A stretch of DNA of 63,424 nt, counting the filler, from Folioceros fuciformis (Eukaryota): assembly GCA_049999805.1 (NCBI GenBank). It is 10 parts of 10 records of this genome, joined end to end, with 100 filler letters (N's around TTAATTAATTAA, not from the genome) between each part and the next. Parts side by side here need not be neighbours in the genome. Positions count along the whole stretch, not along the records: positions 46,144 to 58,197 come from JBNGIO010001913.1; positions 58,298 to 61,816 come from JBNGIO010001914.1; 8 more parts are not named here. The stretch is one strand, 5' to 3'. Position numbers and translations under genes: made by a program. The notes beneath the pieces were generated by a model. That model ran no database searches. It was not told the DNA's origin and was given only the letters and a program-made list of their open reading frames with translations. Numbering within the stretch: the stretch's first letter is position 1; each line of letters starts with the position of its first letter. Positions 46,144 through 58,834 of the stretch are shown here, piece by piece.

Positions 46144-48774
46144 GGGAGAAGCAATCCATCAACCTGTGTGTGAGAACTGATTGATTGTGTAGGTGAATAC
46201 AAGGTGTGAGCTTCTCCACACACTCCGTCCTGATGATCCCTTCTACGAGCTGAATTCCAGGACTACCATCAGCAGAAGCACAAAATGCTCTCAGCTCTGC
46301 AACAAGAAGCTTCTGGAGAAAGTGGATCGTTTCGTCCTTGCTCTTGAGTGACCTCATCAAAAATGTCAACACGATCGCCAATGTCCCCGGTCTCCTCCCC
46401 AATATCCCCGCTACTCTCCAAGAATACATCCATACCACCATACTCAAATCTTATCAAGTTCCGTGCAGTGCCATATTGAAAAGATTTCATACCGGGGAGC
46501 CCGTCGAGTAAGATCTGTCGTAACTTGACCTACAATGCACAACCGCTTGGCGATGGCGTCAGGAAACCCAAGAGAGCATGAATCACAAACAACAAATCTA
46601 GAGAGACAGATCACAATGTAACGTACTTTGGAATCTTGGAAAGAAGCCTGGACCGAGAAACGTCTTGGTTTCATCTCGGCACTGTAGCCGCCTCCCTACG
46701 TAATTGTACTTGCCCGGCGTTACCCCGTCCCAATGCAACCGTCGTTCCCCTCGAAAGGTGAAGGGAACGAAGAATCCAGGACTTGGATTCGCATCATCTC
46801 AATAGCACAAGTGTAGTCTCATCATCAATGATACCAGATCTTCAACACGAATGCTGTCAGCCACCTCCGTGTCTTTGAGAATCCAGTCCAAGGTCCTATA
46901 GAGGACCCTTTCAGCAACAAATCCAAATCTAGCAATCTTCCCAAGGAAGGCGGTCCAGTTAGGCGCTCAATGAGGCGTCCCAGAAACGAATGACTGATCC
47001 AGTGTGGATTGATCACCACCGCATCTGCATCTTGGAACCAGATGACCCTGCCTGCATTGTGCAGATAGGTGAGAATTGCTTGAAGACGTTGCTGATGGTG
47101 TTTATCAAGCCTTTGGTCATTATCTTTTTCACTGCTTTGGTCATCGAATACTTCAAGGCTTTGCTCATCATCTTCTTCATCGCTTTGGTCATCATCTTCT
47201 TCAAATACCTTTTTGCATTGCTCCTTGGTCACATAGGCTGAGCTGGATTTAGAGATACCCACCGAGCCAAAACAGCACTCAATCGGTTGCACACCTCCGG
47301 GACCCAAAACAGAGGAAGTGCAGATAGGTCTTCAAACGATTGAAATAGCTTCTCCAGCAAGGGCTGCACAGGCTCTTCGCATCGAGCATCCATGAAGAAT
47401 AGAGGCGTTGTTGTGATAAGAAGTACCTCCTCAAAATCTGTGGCCAACTGTGTCACGACTGGTTGCAGCACATCTACTAGTACTTCAGCGTCCACATCTT
47501 CCATCTCATCCTTGTGAGTGATGACCAAAAATACCCGAGGCAAACAGGAACCCACGTTGCGAGAATTAGAGTAGATGAACCTAAGCCAAAACTTGAAGCC
47601 GTTTCTGAACTTGGCCCGCAGCATTTCATCGGACGGAAGTGGTTCGCCAGGCTTGTCGGCATCAAGTGGGTTGAATGTGAACAGGAAAACACATGTCTGG
47701 TTGAAGCTCGGGAATAAGTAGTCTTGCAGAGCTCGGTAGCGAGCTTGTCCAGCCAGATCCCAGATGGTAACTTCCATCTCATCGTCGTTGCGCAGCACCT
47801 CGATTTCTATTCCTTCTGTTCTGTTGACAGTACCCATCTGGTCGGGTGATGCGGCTGCTGTACTTGTGTGCTGGAGATGCGCGCCATGCTTTAATCATGG
47901 TGGTGAGGAGAGTGGTCTTCCCTGCGAAAGGTGCACCGCACAAGAAAAGGCGCCCGACCCTGGGCTTGACAGCATCTTGCCCCTCCGAAAGTAAAGGCCA
48001 GTAGGCTCTGTGAGTAGCATTGCGTGCCAACGTCGCGTTGATGATGGCCTCCTTTCCCTGATAAGCCCAAATTGTGTCCTCTATGTCGATCTTCTGTAAA
48101 GTGGTGTTGCCTTGGAGGGACTGCATCAACTCTCTGAAGAGCTCATCGTCAAGCATCCCAGAATACCATATGTTGAGCTCATTCAAAGATGCATCTGGGT
48201 TTAGGGTCCAGGGTATTGAGACTGGGAGCGGTGGCCAGCATGCGAGCCAGGTGCTGTACCCCTTCAGCATCTCCCACTCTGTTGCCCTCTAGGTCCAAAT
48301 CCTCCAGGACACAATCCTCGTTGAAGAAGCCTTCGACCAGTGCACCAAGTCCTGTGGCATCAAGCCCGATCTGGGAGGCCCCCAGCCGTCGCAGGCTGCG
48401 ACTGGAAGCAATAAGATCGCCCAGGGCCTTGCAACCCGCCAGCCTTCCAAAACCTTTGCACCTCTACAGATGAAGTTTTTCCAGGGAAGGGTTGGATGCC
48501 AGGTCCTCCAACAGAATGCGATGCCGATATCCCAGTATTCAGAGATTTCCAGGTCGACGAGACTGCGGCACTGGCCAATAGCTGTCAATACCCGCTTCCG
48601 AACTCGCCAGTGCCTGCCATCCCTCCTGCTTGAAGCTCCCCTTCTGAAGAAGTCGCCGTACTCCTCTCCCTGCAAGTCGGGGAGGTAGGACAAGGCATTG
48701 CCTTCCAGATCTACCAGCAGCTGTTGCAGCTCCTCCGGCAACTCGCGCCAGTCATAGTCCCCGTCCGCTGCCAT
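46144..48774 (-). pseudogene. TORNADO1-like LRR-ROC-COR (ROCO) gene, multiply frameshifted, 3' end cut by contig
   Basis: RI-type LRR (SLQGNTTLQKIDI), P-loop LFLCGAPFAGKTTL, RTEGIEI, IWDLAGQ, VITHKD, COR YLHNAGRVIWF..VVINPHW; pieces lie in different frames. Confidence 0.85.
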
Positions 48775-48854
48775 GCTGTGCTAAGCTGCGCTTCCCAACG
48801 CAAGCAAATATGATGAATGGATTGTATGTATCATCCGTTTGTAGCAGGGTCAGC

Positions 48855-49220
48855 AAGCTCACATCACACACTCGAAGACTGGGAGACCAGGCTCGGGCAG
48901 GCTACCGGACGGGACAGCAACCTCACAAGCACACAGTCGAGGAGGATTGGCAGGCCAAACAAGGGCAAGCTAGGCAACATCAACCTCACAGCACACACAC
49001 TCGAGGAGGAGTGGGACAACATACAAGGATATGCTACGGGATAGCAACCTCACGAGCACACACTCGAGAAGGATTGGCATACAAAACAAGGATAGGCAGC
49101 CTAGGGGACACCAACCTCACGGCACACACACTCGAGGAGGATTGGGACGCCAGACAAGAATAGGTAGCCCAGGGGACGTCAACCTCCAAGCAGACACTCT
49201 CGAGTTTCATTGGGACACCA
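48855..49220. repeat. About 6 x 63-68-bp minisatellite upstream of the ROCO gene
   Basis: Core CAACCTCAC..CACACACTCGAGGAGGATTGG repeated with variable tails. Confidence 0.85.
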
Positions 49221-51004
49221 TGCAAGACTCTTTAATCTCCGCGAGACCAGAGGGTTGAGTGGTAGCCAGCAAGAGAGCTGACGGGTCTCACTCCTCTCCA
49301 CTCATCAAGACCTGAGTGTGCTTTGCTTTTCCTCTATATTCCCCACGCCCGCTCTTGTTTGTCACGAGTAGATATTCGTGCACCATACTTGCATATTTTA
49401 TCAAACCATGTCCAGGTGTTGTGGACTGACTGGGCCAGCATCGGGGACAGGAAAGGCTAAAGTTTTGTGAACTGCAGCTTCCAAGTTCCAACCCTCCTTC
49501 CCCCCTCTACTTGTCAGAACACGACGTGACTCTTGCTACTGTGCTACATGCACGAAAGATGCCTACCTTCACAGGGAAGGTAATGTGGGTAGGTAGGTTT
49601 GTGGACGGTAGGACCCAGCACCTGAGCTATGCTCAGGTACGCTCCTGAGTCCTAGCCCGTGCACCCTCATACATACCTTAGTTTGCACTCATCCGAAGAA
49701 CACGCGGTTGGTCCTGACCAAGAGCGTCGAATGAGAGTGTCCTTTTGGTGCCAAATGTAGGGCCATGGACACGGTGCTTCATGGGAGGTCACAAGTCAAG
49801 AGCTTGTTGACAGCATGTTACCTGCTGTTACTCTGCCCTCACAATCTTGGACTTGGACAACACAATCACCCTCGTACAGCGATGAAGACCACTGTCGCTT
49901 GTCACTGTGCCCAGATCAGGAGCCTCCATGAAGACCTGTTGTGTACCACATCACTGTTCCGAGACCATAAGCCTCTTGGAAGACCTATTATTTACCACAT
50001 CACTCTTTCAAGACTATGAGACTCTAGAGAGACCTATGATTGGATATCTCCTTCATACAACCTTGTAATGTAAGAGGCGGATGTGGAATTTACGACCAAC
50101 ACTACTATGTTGTGTTCTACATACCTAATGTTTTGGTGTGTTGCCATCCTTGAAGCTTGCATTCCATCAAAGAATAGAGCTTGCAATTCTGTTCTTTCAA
50201 TGCGGACAACTCACTCCCTCGAGCTTCCATCGTGTAGCGCGCTAGAAATTTGTGCCTATAGTTGTCGCCAAAGAAAGGACCCCGGCAACATTTGCTTGAA
50301 TCACCTCAAGTTCAAGTGTTATGGATGACGTCATTGTCAGATCATGCTTGGCTCGTAGGTTTCGTTTGGTAATTCGACTTCGGCTTGAGATCATCTCTTT
50401 TGTTCGTATTCGGCTCCGACACAGGCCTAGCTTGGCTGTTCCATCCTAGCGACGCGGTAAGCTACGGAGGGTTTACGGCTCCTATACAGGCCCTCACGGC
50501 GGGGGCACGAGATGCAGCATACACTCGAACCGGATCCTGTTGTTGTTCGTCGCCATGAGGAGGATTCCGAAGAAGTAGAGTAAGAATTCCCCAACCCCTC
50601 GAAGATCGTCCCTCCGAGACTGGACTGATGACCTAGTCAACCAGCTGCACCATGTGAAAGGTAGGTTGGCACAAGTGGAGCTGACGAAAATGAGTCGTGC
50701 CTCGACTCTCGGTACGGCTGGAGTGCGGAAGCATTCAAAACTTCAAATTTCGTCAGGTGACACCTTTTTCGGAATAAGTATCGTCGGAGCCCGGGAAAAG
50801 TTTGAAAGCCCGACGACATGGTACGGTGAGTGCGCGGGAATTTGTGAGAGCAGCAGTTTACTTCTCCCGCCATCAAGGGGCTTCTATCCAGGCTTTTGTT
50901 ATGAGAGACTTCAAACACGCCCTGGCACAGTCAATTGCATTGAAAGCTGGCTCATGAAGTTCTGATGGAGGCATTGATGGCCTGAGGGTGGGAGTGATGC
51001 CAAC

Positions 51005-53794
51005 ATGCCGCTGTTTGCCCCGCCCAGCTCTCCAGCTCCTACAGGGAAGGACACGAGCAGGCGGCCTCCTTCGCAGCGGGCAACGAAGCCGCTTCGGGAG
51101 CACAAGCCTTGCTCTAATTGGGGCAGGAGGGAGAGAGGATCAGGTCTTCCCACGGAACTGGTGAATGCCATCCCTCGGCCTGTCATTGTGAAGCAGCCGA
51201 AGGAGGTTAGGGAGGAGAAGGTGCTAATTCCTGCCGTGGGATCTGGGAAGGCAGCAGGAAGGTGTGGTCATTTCGACAATGTGTCTGGCCGGGTGCACGG
51301 TCTGAAGAGGGTTGGGTTGAAGCCTTGCGATGGGGGAAACGGTGCTGTGGCAGCTGGGAGAGTTTCGGCGGGTGGTTTGAACAGAAGGTTGGCGGGTGGG
51401 GATACGGTCAGGGATGGCACCAATGGCTTCTGTGGTGACGTGCATTGGGTGCCTTGGGATGATTTTGGCTCAAGTGGTTGCAAGAAGAGTTTGGAGGATG
51501 AGCTGGAGCCCTCGAGAGCGGAGATTGTCAGCCCTGTGGAGGTTGGAGAGGGGGTTGAAGTTGGCGCCATTTTTGGTACCCCCGATTGCTCTGATGACGA
51601 TCATGACGACATAGTTCCTCTGATGGAGACATCTAGCTCCCCAGAATTCGTGAGGAAGCTGAAGGGATCCGGGACACCAGCGGGTATAGGTTGCTTTGCG
51701 GCTGGCCCGCTTGTGGGTTCTGGAGGGACCGTGAGGGACCGCAGGAAGTGCAAACCGCGGGGAGTGCTGATTGTGGGTACTGAGGAATGTCCTCCAAGTT
51801 CCGCTGATGACAGCAAAGAGGATGGGAAGGAAAGAGTTCCCAAGAGATCGGTGGCGTCCGTGGAATGGATGGTAGCAGATGAAGAGGAAGTGGAGAATTC
51901 GAGTTTTGAAGTTTTCTCCAGTGCTGTAGGCATGAGCGTATGCTTCCAAGGACAGTGGGAATCTATGAATGATGTTGAGGGTGTGCAGGGGAAGTGCTCT
52001 TGGAAGGAGGAAACAGATATGGAACCTTCGCGGGGAGTGAAGTATACTTCTGCTGAGAGGGATGCCTGTGCCAACTGCGAGGACTGTGTAGCTGCGGAGC
52101 TGCACACTCACAAAGCAGAAGGCGCAGCCCTTCTGGAGCTTGATCGGGCTTTCCAGTTCATGCAGGAGCTGGACTGCACTCATTCCCTCGGCTCAGCTAT
52201 TGAGAACAAGGTGGATAAAGCGAAGAATGATGGTGAAACCAGGGGTTGTAGTACTGGTTACCTGCCTCGATGGCTTGGGGAGTTTGACATCATTGACACA
52301 GAGTTACATCTATCGTTGGATGCTTCGGACTATCTCAGTCCTGTTAGATGTTCCTCTCCAACTGTTAAAGGCAAATGGGTAAGCGGTAGGGGTAGGAGTT
52401 TCGGTGATCTTGAAGGTGACCTCGTCATCGGGGCCTGTGAAAGCATCAAGCCAGAAAGGTACTCGGGTGTCGAAAATGGTGCACCGTTTGCGCCAACCTT
52501 GGAGCAGGATGGAGATGCCCACACATCGTGGCAGAATTGCGCAGTCTTCTATGCTGAAGACACAAGACATCATTCTGGAACTTGCAGGTCAACCTCCGTG
52601 ATACAGCCCACCCCTGCTGACACTCTCGGGACAGTAGGGCGACATTTGGAGCAACGTCTCAGTGCAGGAACACTATCACGGTTCGACCTAAGGGGGACCA
52701 CGTGCACAAGGGGGATTAATGGTAAGGGAAAGCACGTTGGTGACCTGGGCTTGCATGGGTACAGATATGGAAAAGCTCACGACTGTTCAAAAAATGGTGG
52801 CCTCCGGAAGAACAAAATCTGCACAGAGAAGTACCTCGCTCGGATGCAGGACGTACCTTCTCCACTTACGGCTCTCAAGTTTGAGTCTAAGCAGGAGTCC
52901 TCATGCGCCTGGCTTGATGGAGAGGACATGTTACAAGCAGTGGACAAACATGTTCCTGACAAACGACTTCCTAATTGCCCCAACGTACTCCGACATCCAA
53001 AATCCGAGAGCAGCATGTTGGGTAGTAGGGCAAGATCCCTGAGTGGTCTCTTGAATTCTCAGGAGGTCCGTGATGAGCTCGGGAGTGAGAGCAACTCAAA
53101 GCTTTTCAGAAAAAAGTACCCTAAGCGACAACCTGGTGGGGACAGTGGCAAGGCTTCAGCCGATGAACCAGTCAGAGAGAAGGCGACGGAGGTAAGTTTC
53201 AGGCCGTCACCAAGTATGGCCATGGATCACGAAGAAGCTGGGAGGACGGAGGAACAGATGATGGGCTCCAGCCATTCCTTGGTACACTCTGTCCTTAACG
53301 CTAACGCAGATGCACTTTGCAACAGCCAGCCCATCAAACGAGGGAACATGAGATATGCAACTCGCCGATGCACAACGCCATCTGAGAGCATAGGGTCCTC
53401 CGCGATGCTCCTCCCAAGTAGGTCTCTCGAAACCTTGAAGAGTAAGAACATGTTGCCTCCTGGCGTTCAGAGTTCTTGTAAATTGCTCCATGACCAGCAG
53501 GAGAAATCGTTGCGGCTGTCGATGCACGTTTGTCAGTCCATTGAACTGGATGATCGTGGGCAATCTGGCCAGGTCGCGAGTGAAGATAAACGCGCATCTT
53601 CTCCAGAAAACAATTGGTGGAAGCAGCGTGTCCAATACCATCTCCTCGAAGCTTTGACTCAGCCCCGAGTTGCTGTATTAAGTGGCTCACTGTTACTGCT
53701 CACTGCCGCTCTAGCCGCCTATATCTTCTCTCGCACGAACGCTCGTCTCGGAAAACCAAGATGTGCCATCTTAAACGCGTCTTCTGTGGTGTGA
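51005..53794 (+). CDS. Uncharacterised 929-aa, largely disordered protein with C-terminal TM segment (true start may lie upstream)
   Basis: 2.8-kb uninterrupted ORF; motif-like RRKCKPRGVLIVG and ASVEW; VAVLSGSLLLLTAALAAYIF near C-terminus. Confidence 0.8.
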   Translation: MPLFAPPSSPAPTGKDTSRRPPSQRATKPLREHKPCSNWGRRERGSGLPTELVNAIPRPVIVKQPKEVREEKVLIPAVGSGKAAGRCGHFDNVSGRVHGLKRVGLKPCDGGNGAVAAGRVSAGGLNRRLAGGDTVRDGTNGFCGDVHWVPWDDFGSSGCKKSLEDELEPSRAEIVSPVEVGEGVEVGAIFGTPDCSDDDHDDIVPLMETSSSPEFVRKLKGSGTPAGIGCFAAGPLVGSGGTVRDRRKCKPRGVLIVGTEECPPSSADDSKEDGKERVPKRSVASVEWMVADEEEVENSSFEVFSSAVGMSVCFQGQWESMNDVEGVQGKCSWKEETDMEPSRGVKYTSAERDACANCEDCVAAELHTHKAEGAALLELDRAFQFMQELDCTHSLGSAIENKVDKAKNDGETRGCSTGYLPRWLGEFDIIDTELHLSLDASDYLSPVRCSSPTVKGKWVSGRGRSFGDLEGDLVIGACESIKPERYSGVENGAPFAPTLEQDGDAHTSWQNCAVFYAEDTRHHSGTCRSTSVIQPTPADTLGTVGRHLEQRLSAGTLSRFDLRGTTCTRGINGKGKHVGDLGLHGYRYGKAHDCSKNGGLRKNKICTEKYLARMQDVPSPLTALKFESKQESSCAWLDGEDMLQAVDKHVPDKRLPNCPNVLRHPKSESSMLGSRARSLSGLLNSQEVRDELGSESNSKLFRKKYPKRQPGGDSGKASADEPVREKATEVSFRPSPSMAMDHEEAGRTEEQMMGSSHSLVHSVLNANADALCNSQPIKRGNMRYATRRCTTPSESIGSSAMLLPSRSLETLKSKNMLPPGVQSSCKLLHDQQEKSLRLSMHVCQSIELDDRGQSGQVASEDKRASSPENNWWKQRVQYHLLEALTQPRVAVLSGSLLLLTAALAAYIFSRTNARLGKPRCAILNASSVV

Positions 53795-54294
53795 AGTGTA
53801 ATCATAAATATCACAAAGGTATAGCTATACATCATAAAGCTTATGCTAGTTGTGTTGTATAATACATCATTGTTTATAATGAGGAAGGATGTGCAATTGG
53901 CGAAGGTTGTGGAAACCCTAAACCCTAATCCTACACAGTCATAGATGTGATAATTTTGCTGCTTTTCATTGTTTGGATATGTCATGGCTTTGTTCTTAGG
54001 GGATCAAAGATTCAAACTTCCCCCCAATGCCCAATGATCTTGCACATTCTCCCCACTCCACATTCCTCCTTACAACAGCAAGCATAGTTGTCCTATCATA
54101 GTGCATTCAGCCCCACAATTTAATCTAGCTGTAGTGTGAACATAAATCATCCTACTTAACACATTAACCCCATGGCTAGTCTAGTTGTAGTGTGAGCAAC
54201 ATGTGTAGTATGTAGATACTTGGAGTAACATAAATTACTTCATTTTGCTTTGTGCACAACACTTTTTCAAAGTAGCCAACAACCTTCCAAAGAA

Positions 54295-54490
54295 CTCAAT
54301 CACTACTTAATGAACAACATTCAAACACCCATTGATATGACCTCTACTTAATCAACATTGAAACTTCCATTAACATAACTACTACTTAATCAACATTCAA
54401 CCACCCATTGACATGACCACTACTTAATCAACATTCAAACACCTATCAATATGACTACTACTTAATCAATATTTAAATACCCATTAATAC
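54295..54490. repeat. About 5 x 39-bp tandem repeat
   Basis: ACTACTTAATCAACATTCAAACACCCATTGACATGACC-like units. Confidence 0.9.
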
Positions 54491-54699
54491 CTCATAGTGC
54501 TTGTGTACTCCTCTCTCTGAATGTGCATTTTCTATTATTGAGAAAGAAATGGAAAGTCCCATCTATTCCAAAGATTGATCGGAGGAACAACTCGAGCAGG
54601 AACACAGGCTAAAAGGGTTCTATCCCCTTCGAATGCTATTCTCAAAAACTACCTACTACTCCCAAAATGTCATGATGTGGAATAATAAAAAGCCTACTT

Positions 54700-56230
54700 A
54701 CCACTGGTATCAAAGAAGTCGCTTGACCTATGCTTATTGCTGTTCTAAAAAGTGCTGGCCAAAGCTCTTTGCAAAGCAATGGATACTCATTGTCGAAAGA
54801 AGTCCACCACATAGAAAAGAAGGAGAACACTATTCTTATGACTATAATAAACCTTAGTGCACTCCTTGATAAACCTTGGAAAGTCCTTGCCAATAACCCT
54901 ATGATACTCATGAGGAAGGGTGATGAAAGTATGTCCATCTTGCAAGGAAGAATACTTATGGACTTTTGCGCTTGCATAACCCTCTACCACCCAACCAGAG
55001 GGTTAATGATGATGTGCTCGTAGATCAAGTCCTTAGTGGGACTTGTAACAACCACATCAGTGGCAGAAACTTATTCCCCCTAGTGAAGAAAAAGGTCCCC
55101 CTAGTGAAGAAAAAGGTCGTGTCTAAGTGAAACCCCATTGCGCAAAGTATGTGGATGATCCCTATACGAAAGAAACCCACACTCCCTAACCATTGAGAAC
55201 ATGACATCTCAAACTGTGTCTTGGGTGACAATGTGGTGCCCCCCTAACGAGACAACGTGCTAGATGGGACCTTGCATCGACAATGACAACCCCACAACTA
55301 CATGCAGAGAGAAAAAAAGCCAAGGGGTGGGCCAAACCTAAGCAAAATCTCATCGCGGTGGCAAAAGTTACTAGTGTGATTCGAAACACCTTGATGCATG
55401 GTCAAGCCAAAAGCCAAGAGCTCGCTCCTTTACTTGAACAAGAGTGAATACGAGCCCGAGAAGACCTAAGGATGGATGAGTTTGAAAGAAAGACTCTTAG
55501 TGCTTGGCCATATTGCTTTTCTAAGAGGGAGGCTTAGAGACCCCTCAAACCCTTTCCTACAAAAGGAGGTAGAGTCTCACAAGCCTTCAAAGGTAAACAA
55601 TCCCTCACTTGCCTAAGAGATACCTGTAACGGGAAAACGCCCTCCTCAATGCTTGAGATATAACCTTCAAGAACAAGGAATCTTGCATAAAAAAAACGAG
55701 AGGCCAAAATTAGAGCTGAGAAGACCTAGCAACTGAAAAAGGCAGGTGGGGCAAAGGCTTCCATGGCCAAAAGGCCAACCCCTCCAAAGACAATCGGCAA
55801 AGAAGCTTGCTTCCAAGCAAAATCATCGACGGCACACTTGAAGGTGCCAAGACCTATGATATCCCCAAGAGCTTGCATAACTTGATTTGTCATACTTCCT
55901 GATAAGAAAACTGAAGAAGGCACAATAGTTCTAGTAAGGTAAGTTGGTTGCCACATAAAACAAGAAGAAAGAATACCAAATGCAATTTAAGGATCACCAA
56001 TTTGTGAGAGGTCCATGATATAAGCCAAGTCTTCATCCAACACTGCATCTACAAACGTATGAACAAAAACAAAATCAGGAGGTCTCATAAAAACACCTAA
56101 GACTCGAAATCCCTACAGAAAATTGAGATCCCCCACCCCCGAACAAATATTGAAGGAGGGAGTGATTCTTGAGCTAAACCAAACCCTGCATTTAGATAGC
56201 TTAACCCAAAACCCTACCTTGGAAGAGCTA
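54700..56230 (-). mobile_element. Degenerate CRE-like (RLE-type) non-LTR retrotransposon, 3' part
   Basis: QASLPIVFGGVGL..APPAFF after RT; MRFCLGLAHP..CSCG..DARSHLARC CCHC-like finger. Confidence 0.65.
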
Positions 56231-56821
56231 TGATGAAAAGAAATTAAATGTTATTTGACTGGAACTGCTCTAGTGATGTCTCATCAACAATTCCAAATAC
56301 ACCTTATTATAATTTACAAAATAAAATATCATATATCAAGAAAATATAGATTCTTTATTATTTAGGAAAGATAAAAAATCCCATTTACTCCAAAGATGAG
56401 AAGGAACTAGGACCAAAGGCCAAATGGGTACTAGCCACTTTGCCACTTTGCCTCTTTGCACATATTATAAAAATATTTGATACTCCCAAAATAATCATGA
56501 CATGAAATAATAGAAGACCTAACTACCAAAATAAGGCCTATCTACCAACATAAAGCCTATCTACCAACATAAGGCCTATCTACCAACATAAGGCCTACCT
56601 GCCAACGCTGCTCAAGAAGTTGTTTGACCTATGATTTGGTTGCTATTATGAAGAACACATTGACCAATGCTCTTTCCAAAGCAATGCGTACCATGCGTAC
56701 CTTGGCCAATGCCTTTTGCAAAGGACTTTTCGGGTGATAGGCAAGGACTTTTCGACTTTTCAAAGTTCATGAACGAGTGCATAAGACGTATTGGAGAGCT
56801 TAGACGAGCTTCTCGTCTAGC

Positions 56822-58197
56822 GTCACTGCTTCCTTGAAAGCATGGAGTCCCACCTTCGCAGTGTTCCATTGTCGACAAGCCCCAATACTGTGAGCCAAAC
56901 CGCAGCATCAGGCTGTACAGGCATCGCTTTTATCAAACCTAATGCTTCATCCAATTGTCCTGCACGACCTAGAAGGTCTACCATGCATGTGTAATGGTCC
57001 ACCGTGGGAGCGATGCCATTTTGTTTGCTCATAGCCTCGAAGCACCACCTTGCTCACCTGACCGGTATGACTGCAAACTGTTAGTATGCTGACGAGTGTG
57101 ACGCCATCTGGCCGTATGTCATCCTCTCTCATTCTAAGAACCACGGTACTCGAAGGCCTATTTACTATCTCCTTGCTGGGTGTACCCCGCGATCAGCGCA
57201 TTCCAGGTACTAACGTCTCTTTCGGACAACGCTTCAAACCCCCAATGCATCACCCATGCTACCGCACTTCCCGTACATGGTTATCAAACTGCCCGGTATA
57301 AGCTTGTCATCTTGCAGCCCTTGTTGTTTAACTTGTGCATGGATCTGCCTTCCCAAAGGCAAGGCTGCCACATTCGCACATGCCTGTAGGAGGCACACAA
57401 ATGTCACAGAATCAGGTGCAACAATGCCTTCCTTCTGCATAGACCTGTAGACACAAAGAGCTTCCTGCCCCATGCCCTGTTGGGAATATCCTGCAATCAT
57501 GGCACTCCACATCTTTTTGAGGAAGTCCATCCAACACTTGCTGCGCATCCTCAAGGCTGCCGAACTTCGCATACATGCTCACCAAACTGCTCGATACAAA
57601 TACATCAGCCTCAAATCCCCGATCTTGTATTTCTGCATGAAGCGGCCTCCCCCTTCTCCAGACCGGAGTTCCCACACTTGCACACGCCTGCAGCAGGCAT
57701 GCAAATGTCACAGAATTGGGTAAAACCACGCCTTCCTGCTCCATAGCCCCATAGGCACGAAGAGCTTCCTGCCCACGACCCTGCTGAGAATACCCTGCTA
57801 TCATGGCACGCCACGTCATCACATCTTTCTGAGCAAGTCCATCGAACACCCCTTGAGTTCTGTCTAAGCTGCCACTTTGCATACATGTTCACCAAGCTGT
57901 TACCCACAAACACATCCGCCTGGAGACCTCGTTCCTTGATCTGCTCCTGAAGCTGCCTGCCCTTCTCCAAAGCCGAGGCACCCACACTCGCACATGCCTT
58001 CAGCAGGCTCACAAATGTCACACAATCCAACGCAAGCTTGCATTCCTGTTGCATGGCCGGGTAAAGACAAAGGGCTTCCTGTCCTATGCCCTGCTGGGCA
58101 TATCCTGCTATCATGCTATTCCGCATCACCACATTCTCCCGACCAAGTCCATCAAACACTCTCCGAGCATCCACCGGACTCCCACACTTGGCATACA
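56822..58197 (-). pseudogene. PLS-class PPR gene with E-domain start, frameshifted
   Basis: [76 protein letters not shown] in shifting frames. Confidence 0.9.
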
Positions 58198-58834
58198 NNN
58201 NNNNNNNNNNNNNNNNNNNNNNNNNNNNNNNNNNNNNNNNNTTAATTAATTAANNNNNNNNNNNNNNNNNNNNNNNNNNNNNNNNNNNNNNNNNNNNGGA
58301 AGGAGGTTGAGAGCAGTGAAGTGCGCGCTGAAGGCTCCAAGCCGCGAGCTGTAAGCCCAAAGCAGCAACAAACCGGCAGACGAGGATCTGGCGCAGTTTC
58401 GAGGCACCTGATTGCGCAGCGACGCTCGAGGAAAGCGCAGGCGACGGTGCATGTCGCGCTCTGCTCTGCAACATGGTGCGCAAGCAAATTGAATTGCCTT
58501 GTGTTGTCCGGATCCATTTGCAGGTGCAGGCCGGACGCTCCAGGCGCACCCGCAGCACCTGCCTGCGGGAGCGGGAGGGATACCCCGGGGCTGCCTCCCT
58601 TCCCGCCCCGGGGATCTGGAGGCGTGGCCGGGAAATACGGGCACTAGAAAGGAGGAGCAAGATCCGGGCCGGGCCGGGCCGGGCTTGGATGGCGCTGGCT
58701 TGGGGATTGTGGGATGGCGGGCCGGGGGGCGGGTACACCTCTCTTGCTCTGCCCTCTCATCGCTGCGGCTTGTGAAACAGGCAGACGCGGATGCAGGTGG
58801 TGGTGATGAAAATGGCGTGAGGCGTAGGAAGGGG

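Noticed and set aside
48855..49220. CRISPR-like repeat/spacer array
   Set aside because: Eukaryotic context, degenerate repeats, mutually related spacers, no cas genes
53914..53932. AAACCCTAAACCCTAATCCTA telomere-like motif
   Set aside because: Two to three units in a 3' flank; common telo-box-like occurrence
56535..56606. About 4 x 19-bp AAGGCCTATCTACCAACAT repeat
   Set aside because: Ordinary intergenic minisatellite with no context suggesting function
58499..58834. N-terminal 112 codons of the 622-aa ORF
   Set aside because: Non-ATG start with UTR-like composition; first ATG in frame is 58835
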